Positions 55,200 through 64,000 of a stretch of DNA of 64,000 nucleotides are shown here, one piece after another; positions within the stretch are counted from its first letter, which is position 1, and each line of letters starts with the position of its first letter. The DNA comes from an uncultured virus (IMG/VR IMGVR_UViG_3300028644_000008) (Duplodnaviria; Heunggongvirae; Uroviricota; Caudoviricetes), in the IMG/VR virus record IMGVR_UViG_3300028644_000008. One strand, given 5' to 3'. The translations under genes were made by a program, and so were the position numbers. The notes under the pieces were generated by a model. The model saw nothing but the letters and a program-made list of their open reading frames with translations. It searched no databases and was not told where the DNA came from.

Positions 55200-56239
55200 G
55201 CCGCGTCGTAGCTCCAGCGGATCAGGTTGTGCAGCTCCGGATCCGCGACACGGCCGGCCGGGATCTGGCGGTGGATCCACAGCCCGTAGATGTAGCCGGC
55301 ATTGAGCGTGCCGATGTCGAGCCCGGTGGCCGCGGTCGTCCCGCTGTCCCAGACGACGCCCGCCGGTTCCGAGCCCTCGCCGGCGGAGGTCTTGTCGGTG
55401 AATGCGCCGTCCGGCTGGCTGGCCGGGGCCTCCTTGCCGATCCGGATCCCGGGCACGGCGTCGACCGTATCGTCGCTGGCGCCAGCGGCCGCGCTGGTCC
55501 CGAGCATCCCACGGCCGGCGGCCGGGACGGTCAGGACGTCGTCGGTCCGGCTGGCGTAGTAGACGATCTCGCGCGTGGCGCCCGCGGCCGTCTTGACGTG
55601 GGCGAATCCCGTCTCCGGCCAGTCGGCGAAGTCGCCCGCCGATCCCTCGATGGTGCCGGCGCCGGAGGCCCCGAGCTGGGCGGCGGAGCTGGTCATTTGC
55701 GTGCCCAGCGTCCCGATCCACACCTTGACCGCCGTCACCTGGCTGGTGGACTCGTTCTTGAACGCGTGGCAGCGGTACTCGTTGTCGCCGGCGGAGGCCT
55801 CGGCGCTGGCCACGTTGTCCATGCCGGCGGCGTTATTGAACTGGTCGGCCAGGGTGACCGTGGCCGTGCCGGTGAGGTCGCCGGCGGACGTGCGCTGGAC
55901 CCGGACGTACTTCGACGGGTCGCCGCCGTCCTCGATGATCTTGGTCTCGCCGTTGGCGATGGCGACGCCGGCGCCCTGGGTGCCGTCCGGGGCCTCCCAC
56001 TTGAGCTCGCTCGTGCCGGTGGCGGTAAGGATGCCGTCCCCGACGCCGTTGGCGCCGGCCGCATACAGGATGGTGATGCCGGCGATCGGGTCAGTCACCT
56101 GTATCCCGAGCTGCGTGGCCAGGGTACCCGACCGGTTCTTCCCGAGGGACAGGTCCGGATCGGCCTGCGCGCCGCCATCGGCCGAAGCCCCGGTCAGGTA
56201 CAGCCGCAGCGCGTCCGCGTGGGTTTTTTCGTCAGGCAT
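55196..56239 (-). CDS. Gly/Ala/Thr-rich virion structural protein
   Basis: AAAGG.GA RBS; EYRC and GLWIHR motifs; late operon. Confidence 0.6.
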   Translation of the reverse strand: MPDEKTHADALRLYLTGASADGGAQADPDLSLGKNRSGTLATQLGIQVTDPIAGITILYAAGANGVGDGILTATGTSELKWEAPDGTQGAGVAIANGETKIIEDGGDPSKYVRVQRTSAGDLTGTATVTLADQFNNAAGMDNVASAEASAGDNEYRCHAFKNESTSQVTAVKVWIGTLGTQMTSSAAQLGASGAGTIEGSAGDFADWPETGFAHVKTAAGATREIVYYASRTDDVLTVPAAGRGMLGTSAAAGASDDTVDAVPGIRIGKEAPASQPDGAFTDKTSAGEGSEPAGVVWDSGTTAATGLDIGTLNAGYIYGLWIHRQIPAGRVADPELHNLIRWSYDAA

Positions 56240-56254
56240 GTCGTCTCCCTTTCC

Positions 56255-56776
56255 TCAAGCCGTAATGGTGACCGTCCTGGTCTGGGCGTCGTATGAGAAC
56301 CGGAGCGCCGGCGCGTCCGGGTGCCGGACCATCAGCGCCGAAAGCGCCGAGGCCTGGCTCTGCTGGCCGTTGGCCGCCACAGCGATTACCCGGAAGCTGT
56401 GCGTGGTCGAGTCCTCGAGCACGCGGGTGCGCCAGGTGAAGTAGCCCTGTCCGCGGTCACGGACCCGCGCGCGCAGGACCCAGTTGCCGGAGACCTGCTC
56501 CTCAACGCGGTAGTGCTCCGCGCCGGCCGAGGCGTACCAGCAGACCGTCAGCCGCGAGGGCCAGGCCCGGGCCGGGCTGGCGTCGGGATCGTCGAGGACC
56601 TCGATCATCGGCGACTCGTCGTCGCCCACCGCCAGGTCGAAGGTCTGGCCGGTCTGCGTGGCCATCAGGACCCCGTCGCGGAACAGCCGGAAGGTCGGCG
56701 CCTCGGCGTCGGATGTCCAGCGCAGCCGCCACAGGTGGGCGCCCAGCTGGACGGACGGGAGCATGGTGACCGCCAT
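56255..56776 (-). CDS. FN3-like virion protein
   Basis: W..SAGAEHYRV..L.D.T.HSFRVIAV. Confidence 0.6.
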   Translation of the reverse strand: MAVTMLPSVQLGAHLWRLRWTSDAEAPTFRLFRDGVLMATQTGQTFDLAVGDDESPMIEVLDDPDASPARAWPSRLTVCWYASAGAEHYRVEEQVSGNWVLRARVRDRGQGYFTWRTRVLEDSTTHSFRVIAVAANGQQSQASALSALMVRHPDAPALRFSYDAQTRTVTITA

Positions 56777-57180
56777 CAGAACTCCTCGGAAGGCACCTTG
56801 GTGTTCTGGAGAGTCCAGACCAGGCGCACCAGGAACGTGCCGTTGTCGCCGTCCACGACGCCGCCGGACGGCGTGGCGATGGGCTGGACGGCCGCAACAT
56901 CCACGAGCAGCACGGCCACCTCCTCGGTGGCGTTGCTGTTGTCCTCGGTGACCGTCTGCAGCGTGCCCTGGAGCGCCTTGCAGGCCGCGACCTCCGCCTC
57001 GGCGGCCGAGGCGTCGGCCACGTCGACCACGGACACCAGCTGGTAGGGCCGCGAGCGCTTGCCCATCTTGCGGAAGGCCACGCCGTCGACGCCCGCGCGG
57101 GTGATCTCCTCCAGCCGCTCGCCGAAGGGCTGGACCGCCCCGCGCAGGCCGATGAAGCTCTGGCTGCCGATCGATGGCAT
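56776..57180 (-). CDS. Distal-tail-like hypothetical protein
   Basis: Immediately after the tape measure. Confidence 0.55.
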   Translation of the reverse strand: MPSIGSQSFIGLRGAVQPFGERLEEITRAGVDGVAFRKMGKRSRPYQLVSVVDVADASAAEAEVAACKALQGTLQTVTEDNSNATEEVAVLLVDVAAVQPIATPSGGVVDGDNGTFLVRLVWTLQNTKVPSEEF

Positions 57181-57183
57181 GGC

Positions 57184-58494
57184 CTACTCCGTCTCCCGGT
57201 TGGGGTCGGGGCGGTATTCGACCTTTACCTGAATGCCCGGCGGCGTGCGCACCTGGACCTGCTGCCGTCGTTCGGCCTCCACCGCGCTTTCCTGACCGGC
57301 GCCGACGCCCCGGACGATCTTCTGGCCGAGGCCATACATCAGCTCCAGGCTGGCGCGCGACCAGGCCCCCGCGCCGACCGTGCCCTCGGTCTCGTCCATC
57401 TGGTGCAGTTCGTCCAGTCTCCGATCCAGGGCGATCTTGTCTTCCATCTCCCGATAGCCCGCCGTCTCCTCCTTGACCTTGCGCCGCTCGTCGGCGATCC
57501 TGGCGGCCTTCAGCGTCCGCAATTCCGCCGATCCCTGTTCGGCTGACCATTGCTCCCGCAGGGCGTCCCGCGAGAACATTTCGCCGCGCACGCCCGATAT
57601 CTCGCCTTCGCGGCCGCGGAAGAAGCTGTAGGCCTCATAGGCCCCGCCCAGTTTCTCGCGCAGCTTCTTGTCGCTCCAACCGCGGCCGGCGATGTCCTGG
57701 ACGCCGGCGACCAGGCCCCGACGGCCGCCGAAGCCCTTCTCGGCGATGACCGCTGCCATGGACTCCACGTAGGAGGCTGCCTGCTTGTCGCTCTTGGTGG
57801 CGTCGCTGCTGACGGCCAGCGCGGCCATGAGCTCCGAGGTGCTGGCGCCCGCCGCTTTCCCCTGGACGGCGGCGCCGGCGACTATCTGGCCCATGGCCTC
57901 CCGACGGACTCCGCCGCGGCCGGCGGCGATGGTCAGGCGGTTCAAGATCCCGTAGGTGTCGCCGGCCTGGGCGCCCATCGAACCCTGGATCTTGGCGACG
58001 CTTTCGGCGAGCGCCGCCCGGTCGCCGGTAAGACTGGCGTAGAGCTGGCGCTTGCTTTGCTGGCCGGAGGTCTCCAGCGTGTACTGCAGCTTGGCGGCCT
58101 CGTCGGAGGTCATGCCCTGGTTGCGGCTGGACTCGACGTCGCGCAGCATGCGGGGAAGGGACCGCCCCGGACCGACCAGGGACACGAGGTCGGTCTTGCC
58201 GGCGGCGCTCCCCTTGACGCCTTCGAGCCCGCGCTGGCGCTCGGCCTCCATGTTCGCCCAGACCTTGCGGAGCATCTCCACGGCCGCAGCGACGCTCACC
58301 AGGCTCGCCGCCCAGCGCTGGAGCCCGCCTATGGCCTTGTCCATGGACGATTCGGCCTGCTTGCCGGCGCCGCTGCTGGCGCGGCCCATGGAATCGAAGC
58401 CGTGCTCGACCTTCTTCTGGGCGTCGACGACCTTCAGGAAGGCGTTGACCGCCGCCCCTTCCTCGGCCGAGAGCTTGAAGACTACGTCGCCCAT
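57184..58494 (-). CDS. Short tape measure-like protein (436 aa)
   Basis: Helical, Ala/Gly-rich; follows the chaperone; GAGGAG RBS. Confidence 0.65.
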   Translation of the reverse strand: MGDVVFKLSAEEGAAVNAFLKVVDAQKKVEHGFDSMGRASSGAGKQAESSMDKAIGGLQRWAASLVSVAAAVEMLRKVWANMEAERQRGLEGVKGSAAGKTDLVSLVGPGRSLPRMLRDVESSRNQGMTSDEAAKLQYTLETSGQQSKRQLYASLTGDRAALAESVAKIQGSMGAQAGDTYGILNRLTIAAGRGGVRREAMGQIVAGAAVQGKAAGASTSELMAALAVSSDATKSDKQAASYVESMAAVIAEKGFGGRRGLVAGVQDIAGRGWSDKKLREKLGGAYEAYSFFRGREGEISGVRGEMFSRDALREQWSAEQGSAELRTLKAARIADERRKVKEETAGYREMEDKIALDRRLDELHQMDETEGTVGAGAWSRASLELMYGLGQKIVRGVGAGQESAVEAERRQQVQVRTPPGIQVKVEYRPDPNRETE

Positions 58495-58556
58495 GGCTTC
58501 TCCTCAGCGGCCGCCGGCCAGCCAGTAGAGGTCAACCGGCGTCGGGTAGTACGGAC

Positions 58557-59342
58557 TCAGGAGCCCGTCCCGCCAGCGCCGGAACCGCTCCCAGCGGAGG
58601 CTCCTGGCCCGTTTTTTTTTGACGCGGCATCGTACTCCATCGCGCGGGCCAGCAGCGACGGGAAGTCCACAAAGGCCTCCAGCACCTTGACCGCGTTCTC
58701 GTCGGTGACGAGCCGGAGCAGAGATATCTCCGGCAGGGCCAGCCGGTAGTTGAGCCCGAGCGCCGCGGCGGCGACGGTCAGGCCCTCGGCGTCGCTCAGG
58801 GACTCCGGCGGCTCGGCCGCCTGGACCGGCAGGCGGTGCTGCGCGGCCGCCCAGGCCCAGACACGCTCGGCCTTCGCGGAGATCGCCGCGTAGCGCTCCA
58901 GGGGCTCCCGGACCACCTGGCCCTCGGGTCCGAGCACCAGGGCGTGCGGCAGGACGGAACCCGCGTCGAACGTCCGGGCCACCGGGACCAGCCAGTCCTG
59001 GCCGCCTTCCAGCCGGACCCAATGCCCGCCGATGCTCTGGGCGCGCATCAGGTCCTCGGGAAGGACGGGCTCCGCGAGCTCGCGACCGACCCAGTAGGCG
59101 CCGCCGGGAGCCGGCCTCCAGAGCTGCGCGTCGGGGGCGTAGCGGATTTCCGGCGAGCGGCCCCCGGGAACCTCCGGCTTGGGAGCAAGCACGCAGCCGC
59201 GGGCGCCGTCCGGGCCGCGCCGGACCTCGCCGAAGGGCGGGGGCGGCGCTGCAGGGCCCAGCGCGGCGCGCAGGCCCAGCCGGTCCAGATCCGAGGCCAG
59301 GACGCCGGGTTGGCCCGGCACGTAGTAGAGCAGCCCTGCCAT
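58557..59342 (-). CDS. Tail assembly chaperone with A9 slippery site (-1 product ends at 58504)
   Basis: TCA AAA AAA AAC at 58612-58620; -1 frame RARSLRWERFRRWRDGLLSPYYPTPVDLYWLAGGR. Confidence 0.7.
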   Translation of the reverse strand: MAGLLYYVPGQPGVLASDLDRLGLRAALGPAAPPPPFGEVRRGPDGARGCVLAPKPEVPGGRSPEIRYAPDAQLWRPAPGGAYWVGRELAEPVLPEDLMRAQSIGGHWVRLEGGQDWLVPVARTFDAGSVLPHALVLGPEGQVVREPLERYAAISAKAERVWAWAAAQHRLPVQAAEPPESLSDAEGLTVAAAALGLNYRLALPEISLLRLVTDENAVKVLEAFVDFPSLLARAMEYDAASKKNGPGASAGSGSGAGGTGS

Positions 59343-59352
59343 CTCCGCGCCC

Positions 59353-60285
59353 TCAGCTGATCGCCGATGCCAGGTCGAAGTTGAGGATGGGGTTCGCCCC
59401 CTTGCGCGGCCTGATAACGATCTCGGCCGTTGCCGGCCCAGACTTCCCGGCGGCGCCGCGGCGAACGATGGCCGCGCCGGCGATGTTGATCTTGATGTGC
59501 GTGGCCGTCCCGTCGGCCACGGCGACTTGGTCGTTGAGACACCGGCGCAGGAAGATGTTCCCGGTGGTCAGTGCCGCGCCGCCCAGGTTGGCGCCCAGCG
59601 TGGAGAGCACCTTCATGTCCGTCGTGCGGATGGTGATCGACGGCTCGCGCATGTTGTCGAGGCAGCAGAAGCTGCAGTACGCCCCGTTGCCCCCGCGATA
59701 GGCGAGGATCTTCTGGCCGTAGTCGATCTCCACGCCCTCCAGTCCCTCGATGGCCGCGCCCACCAGGTTGACCGGGCCCAGCTTGAACATCTCAGAGGCG
59801 GTCGGCGTGCCGGTGACCGACGCGTTCGTGACCACGCTGAGTGGCGAGGCCGTGCCCGCCCCCGAGGGCACCGCGGCGAAGCGCGCCACGGCCTGGCTGG
59901 TCTTCGGCACCGAGATCCCCATCGGGACGACGATCCCCTGGGCCATCGTCACCTTGGTGTTGGCGCCGGCCGCGCCGCGGCCGGGCCCCGCATTCTCCAG
60001 GGCGGCGAAGTAGAAGTCGCAATGGTCGACGCCCCCGGCCATCTTGATGCCGTCGACGCCGATCTTGGCCAGCACCGTGGCCAGCTTGGAGCTGGAGAAG
60101 TTGATGCGGTGGATGGCCTCGAAGAGGGCGACGAAGTTGGGGTCGACCTGACCGCCGCCCTCCTCCAGCACGTGGGCCGCCGAGACATCGACCTCGACGT
60201 CCTGGGTCTGGTCGATGAAGATCTGGTTGGCCACGCCGGTGCCCTGGGCGTCGACCGCGTAGAGGGTGTAGAGTTGGTCAGACAT
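59353..60285 (-). CDS. Major tail protein candidate
   Basis: 310 aa, beta-rich, upstream of the chaperone. Confidence 0.6.
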   Translation of the reverse strand: MSDQLYTLYAVDAQGTGVANQIFIDQTQDVEVDVSAAHVLEEGGGQVDPNFVALFEAIHRINFSSSKLATVLAKIGVDGIKMAGGVDHCDFYFAALENAGPGRGAAGANTKVTMAQGIVVPMGISVPKTSQAVARFAAVPSGAGTASPLSVVTNASVTGTPTASEMFKLGPVNLVGAAIEGLEGVEIDYGQKILAYRGGNGAYCSFCCLDNMREPSITIRTTDMKVLSTLGANLGGAALTTGNIFLRRCLNDQVAVADGTATHIKINIAGAAIVRRGAAGKSGPATAEIVIRPRKGANPILNFDLASAIS

Positions 60286-60288
60286 CGG

Positions 60289-60825
60289 TCATGCTCCCTT
60301 CATTTCCCGGACCTCGGCGGTCCGGCATTCCTGGAGCCGCTTGGTCACGCGGCGGTCCAGCCGGCGGGCCAGCTCCATGGCTTCGTCCTGGACGATGATG
60401 GTCAGCTCGGCGGCCTTGTCCGGCTGCCGGAGGTCCTTGCGGTACTGGTAGAGGTAGCGGGGTCCATGCAGCACAACCCGGACGGTCCGGCCCTTGCTCC
60501 GGACGTCCTGCTGGCGCATGACCGCCGTGCGCAGATCCCCGCTCCAGACCAGGGGCAGGTTGTGGTGCTTGTACTTCTGCTTCGCGGCGACGTAGGACAG
60601 CCGCTCGCGACCCGGCCGATCACCGCGCGGGGGCCTGCGGGTGCTCCGCGGAGCGTAGCCGTACTTGCCGTAGGCGCTCATCAGGAAGTGGCCGGGGAGC
60701 ATCTCGCCGTGCCACTCGCGCCCGGTCGTGTCCAGCTCCTGCGGCAGCACCCTGGAGAGCTCCCGCCGCGTGGCGTCGGGCGAGCCCCGATAGGTGATCC
60801 GGCCGGAGATCCGCGGCACGCCCAC
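60289..60825 (-). CDS. Tail completion / neck protein candidate
   Basis: Basic; PLVWSGDLR motif similar to virion morphogenesis proteins. Confidence 0.55.
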   Translation of the reverse strand: MGVPRISGRITYRGSPDATRRELSRVLPQELDTTGREWHGEMLPGHFLMSAYGKYGYAPRSTRRPPRGDRPGRERLSYVAAKQKYKHHNLPLVWSGDLRTAVMRQQDVRSKGRTVRVVLHGPRYLYQYRKDLRQPDKAAELTIIVQDEAMELARRLDRRVTKRLQECRTAEVREMKGA

Positions 60826-60827
60826 GG

Positions 60828-61712
60828 TCAGATTCCCCACTCGACGGTGAAGACGGCCTGGAAGTAGACACCCTCGGTCTGCTTGACCTTCTTGGCGCTT
60901 CGCGCCGGACCATCCGCGAGGGAGATGCGGTTGACGCAGAGATACGATCCGGAACCGGCCAGGGCGAGCATCTCGTCGACCACCTTGCCCACGCGGTTCA
61001 TGAACCAATCCTGGGCCTGGTCGTGTTTGTCGTCGGCCTGCAGCTCCTGGGGGATCTCCGCCTCGACCATCCAAAGGATGTCGCCGGAGCCCTCGAAGTG
61101 GTTCCGGCTGCCGCCGGCCACCTTCAGGCGGTCCCACTTGGAGCCCTGGTCGACCAGGCTGAAGGGGCGCTTGTTGGCGATCTCCGAGCCAAGTCCCGGT
61201 ACCGCTACCTTGTAGATGTGGTCCTTGGCCTCCGCCGGATCCGCAGCACCGCACCAGCCCTGCCAGGTGGCCGACTGGGCCTGGAGTTCGCGGAAGTACT
61301 CCGCAGGCAGGGCCAGAGATCCTTCCGGGGTCGTCGTGCCAGCAGTCGGCGTGCCGAAGGCCTCGGCGCTCGGCAGCGACCACAGGCCGCCGACCTTGGC
61401 CACAACGACCACCCCGTAGCTCGCGCCGTCGTTGACCAGGCCAGTAATGGCCAGGGCGCCCGTCCCGATGCGCTTGAAACTGTCGTTCGGTTCCGTGAAG
61501 GTCCCGGATCCCGTCCGCCAGAGCGGATAGAGGACATCGCCTGGTGCCGCGGCAGTAAGGTGCAGGACCAGCTGGCCGTCGCCCGGCGTAGGGTCGGCCG
61601 AGTGCGAGGGGCGGCCGGGAGGAGTGCCGCCGCCGGTCTGCAACTCGGCGATCGCCGCGTCCTTGAACCGCCAGGACGGCTGCGAGGCCTGGGCGCGCCA
61701 ATGGTAGGCCAT
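60828..61712 (-). CDS. FN3-like domain fused to tail terminator-like domain
   Basis: TPGDGQLVL..ITGLVND.ASY.V.VVA N-terminus; terminator-like C-terminus by position. Confidence 0.55.
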   Translation of the reverse strand: MAYHWRAQASQPSWRFKDAAIAELQTGGGTPPGRPSHSADPTPGDGQLVLHLTAAAPGDVLYPLWRTGSGTFTEPNDSFKRIGTGALAITGLVNDGASYGVVVVAKVGGLWSLPSAEAFGTPTAGTTTPEGSLALPAEYFRELQAQSATWQGWCGAADPAEAKDHIYKVAVPGLGSEIANKRPFSLVDQGSKWDRLKVAGGSRNHFEGSGDILWMVEAEIPQELQADDKHDQAQDWFMNRVGKVVDEMLALAGSGSYLCVNRISLADGPARSAKKVKQTEGVYFQAVFTVEWGI

Positions 61713-62422
61713 CAGACGGCCTCCACCATGGAATCGAGCTTGTCGGTGGTGGCCTTGATGCCGGACACGTTCGTGCCGACGGCACCGGCGGCGATCGCGG
61801 CGTTGCAGGCTGCGGCTATCGCGGCGATGGTCGCCGTGGCATCGCCCTCGTTGACCAGGAACTCCTCCACCTTGGCGGCGATCGCGGCGAGCAGAGCGGT
61901 GGCGTCGCCCTCGTCCAGGACCATCGCTTCGACCTTGGCGCCGATCGCAGCAAGCGCCGTGGCGTTGGGGGCGCTGACCAGGTCCATCTGAGAGCCGGCG
62001 GCCGCCGGGCTCGCCGGGAGGTTGTCGGTCTTGGCCTTGATGGCGTCGTCCACGACCTTGACCGCCGCCACATCCGCCGACACGCTCGCCCCCGCCGGGG
62101 CGCCCAGGCGCGTGTACATCTCGTCGACGGTCTGCCAGTGGATCTCGCGGCGGTCGACCGGGACGGTCTCGGCGACGGCGTCGGCGTCGGTGATGGCGGC
62201 GACAGCCTCCAGGATGTCCTTGTCGAACCAGGCGTCTGCGGCGATGGTCGCCGTCCACTTGTAGAGGCCGGTGGCCACCTTCGAGACGGTGACGCTGTCG
62301 GCGGTCGCCGTGCCGTTCTTGTAGAGCGTGACCGTCGGCGTGCTGCCGGCGTCGGCCTGCAGGCCGGTCGACTTGCGGAAGGTCTGGAAGAAGCCCCAGA
62401 CGGCCTTGGTTGCGGCTGGCAT
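61712..62422 (-). CDS. Hypothetical virion protein
   Basis: Ig-like N-terminus (ATGLYK), RLGAPAGASVSAD, IKAKTDNLP. Confidence 0.6.
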   Translation of the reverse strand: MPAATKAVWGFFQTFRKSTGLQADAGSTPTVTLYKNGTATADSVTVSKVATGLYKWTATIAADAWFDKDILEAVAAITDADAVAETVPVDRREIHWQTVDEMYTRLGAPAGASVSADVAAVKVVDDAIKAKTDNLPASPAAAGSQMDLVSAPNATALAAIGAKVEAMVLDEGDATALLAAIAAKVEEFLVNEGDATATIAAIAAACNAAIAAGAVGTNVSGIKATTDKLDSMVEAV

Positions 62423-62423
62423 G

Positions 62424-64000
62424 TCAGTTCGCTCCTGTCAGGGTCACGGCGCGCGAGAGTCGCGAGGTCGAAACACCGCCACCGCCACCGCCGTTGGGCG
62501 TGGCGCTAACAGTCCCGGAGGCCGGCCCGAAGAGCACGCCGTCGCGGGTGAACTTGGCGTACATGCCGCTGTAGGTCGTGCCCTTCACGAACCCTCCAAT
62601 CCTCAGTGTGTTCGCCGGCTTGTCGTAGAGCGCGGCCTCGTAGACGGCGCGGGAGCACCGGCCGATCTCGACGTCGCTGGAGTTGTAGACGACCAGGAAG
62701 TCGCCGGCGGCGATGTCGCTGATGTTCGACACCGTGAAGTCAACCGCGTCGCCCGTGCCGGCGTCGGCCGCGGCGAAGGTGGCGGGGGTGGCCGACGCGA
62801 ACGGCGTGGCCGCATATTCCCAGGTGTCCTGGTTGAGGTAGATGTACTCCTTGAAGTTCGGACCTGAGAAGGCCGTTGCACCAACCGGGACCGTCAACCC
62901 GTGCAGCCGCCATCTGAACCCGGCGATGGAATTGGTGAGTCCGCTCCATACGGCCCCACTAGAGCCGGTACACTGTAGGCGCAACCATACCAACGTCAGG
63001 TCGGAGTTGGTTGTTGTCTGAAACATGGCTTGGTTAGCGCCAACGTAGGGATTGATAGTAGCGTCGGAAATGGTGGCAGTCGTAAGGGTTGTCTTGTCAG
63101 AGGAGGCGCAGAACATCGGCCCGGATGCGGCAATGCCGTTGTGCATGAAAGTCAACGTGAAATAGGTACCCTGGACACTGCCGTAGCCGTTATATAGGGT
63201 CCATCGATAGCTGGCGTTGTTGCTATTGGTGGAGTTGGTGCATGTGATCGGGCTGGCCGCTGTGCCATTGAACGTCAGCCGACACGACTTGCTCGACGTG
63301 TCGGCCGAGGTCGGGTTCATATACCAGCCCTGCTGGCTTGTGGATGCGGCGCCTGTCCATGTAGCCGTTACTCCCGCATTGAGAACCTCGTAGCCATAGC
63401 GGTAGAGAGCGGCCTGGGCGCCGAAGGCTGGAGTGTTCATGGCGCTGCCCTGGACGGTATCTCCGAATCGAATCCCGGCCAGTTGGTGGTCGCCATTTCG
63501 TGTCAACGTGGCGCCCATGGTTATCGTGCATACATCCGAAGAGTGCACCGCAGCCCCCTTCGGGCCAGACGCTCCAAACAAATCAGCAGAGTTGGCATCC
63601 ACGCGAGCGATATAGAATCCACCGTTTGAATCGTCTGCGACAGCGAATTGCAGGTCCGCAGCGGGCGCGTCAGTCCAAGCACCGGCAGCATACGTGGCGG
63701 CATTGCCTCCAGCGTATGTTCCCGCCGCATTCCCGCGGAACTGGATTCCACCGGTAGTCACCGTGCCGTCCAACCACCACACAATGTTATAGGCCGTGGC
63801 CCCGGCGAGAGCCGCTTGAATCCCGATCCAAGTGTACTTGTTCGACGACAACCACAGTTCAGCTACTGATATCCGGCCCGAAGCCAATAGGCTCCCGGAC
63901 CCGATAGTGGACCCCTCGCGCAACTCGCAGACCAACTCGCCGCTGGGCGTCGAGGAGTCGTTATGATAGACCAAGGCCCCGATGGACCGGACATTGAACG
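62424..64000 (-). CDS. Large Gly/Thr/Ala-rich virion protein, probably 5'-truncated by the window edge
   Basis: At least 516 aa; beta-rich; poly-Gly tail. Confidence 0.6.
   Translation of the reverse strand, partial: FNVRSIGALVYHNDSSTPSGELVCELREGSTIGSGSLLASGRISVAELWLSSNKYTWIGIQAALAGATAYNIVWWLDGTVTTGGIQFRGNAAGTYAGGNAATYAAGAWTDAPAADLQFAVADDSNGGFYIARVDANSADLFGASGPKGAAVHSSDVCTITMGATLTRNGDHQLAGIRFGDTVQGSAMNTPAFGAQAALYRYGYEVLNAGVTATWTGAASTSQQGWYMNPTSADTSSKSCRLTFNGTAASPITCTNSTNSNNASYRWTLYNGYGSVQGTYFTLTFMHNGIAASGPMFCASSDKTTLTTATISDATINPYVGANQAMFQTTTNSDLTLVWLRLQCTGSSGAVWSGLTNSIAGFRWRLHGLTVPVGATAFSGPNFKEYIYLNQDTWEYAATPFASATPATFAAADAGTGDAVDFTVSNISDIAAGDFLVVYNSSDVEIGRCSRAVYEAALYDKPANTLRIGGFVKGTTYSGMYAKFTRDGVLFGPASGTVSATPNGGGGGGVSTSRLSRAVTLTGAN

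Larger units (their letters stand above)
49744..64000 (-). mobile_element. Prophage 2, tail module (continues beyond the window)
   Basis: Second set of tail tube, frameshifting chaperone, tape measure and tip genes. Confidence 0.8.

Noticed and set aside
15883..64000. Diversity-generating retroelement or invertible tail-fibre switch
   Set aside because: No reverse transcriptase, template/variable repeat pair or invertase seen in the window

Overview
A fully accessory 64-kb window with three blocks. (1) ~0.1-15.8 kb is a lower-GC defence island next to a degenerate tRNA-Asn 3' fragment. It holds a nucleoside-deoxyribosyltransferase/TIR-like gene, a four-gene MTase / PRTase-like / ORC-CDC6-like ATPase / Rossmann-like operon, a Shango-type TerB-ATPase-helicase operon and a convergent Dam-family MTase/endonuclease pair. 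Degenerate intergenic repeats sit at several module junctions. (2) ~15.9-47.2 kb is a high-GC, minus-strand siphovirus-like prophage whose gene set resembles planctomycete prophages (host assignment is inference). It encodes two ECF-like sigma factors, recombination/replication genes, a ParB-MTase, terminase, portal, a protease-capsid fusion and a tail, plus two opposite-strand inserts. It is followed by lexA (promoter with a Cheo-type box), an excisionase-like gene, a tyrosine integrase and a tRNA-Ile2(CAT) 5' half. (3) ~49.8-64 kb is the tail module of a second, divergent prophage running off the window. The best novelty candidates are the four-gene MTase-PRTase-ATPase operon, a ~60-aa module shared by TerL and an HNH nuclease (motif also in a small TerS-like gene), and the repeat-delimited defence modules. 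All family assignments come from motif recognition by eye; no database searches were run.
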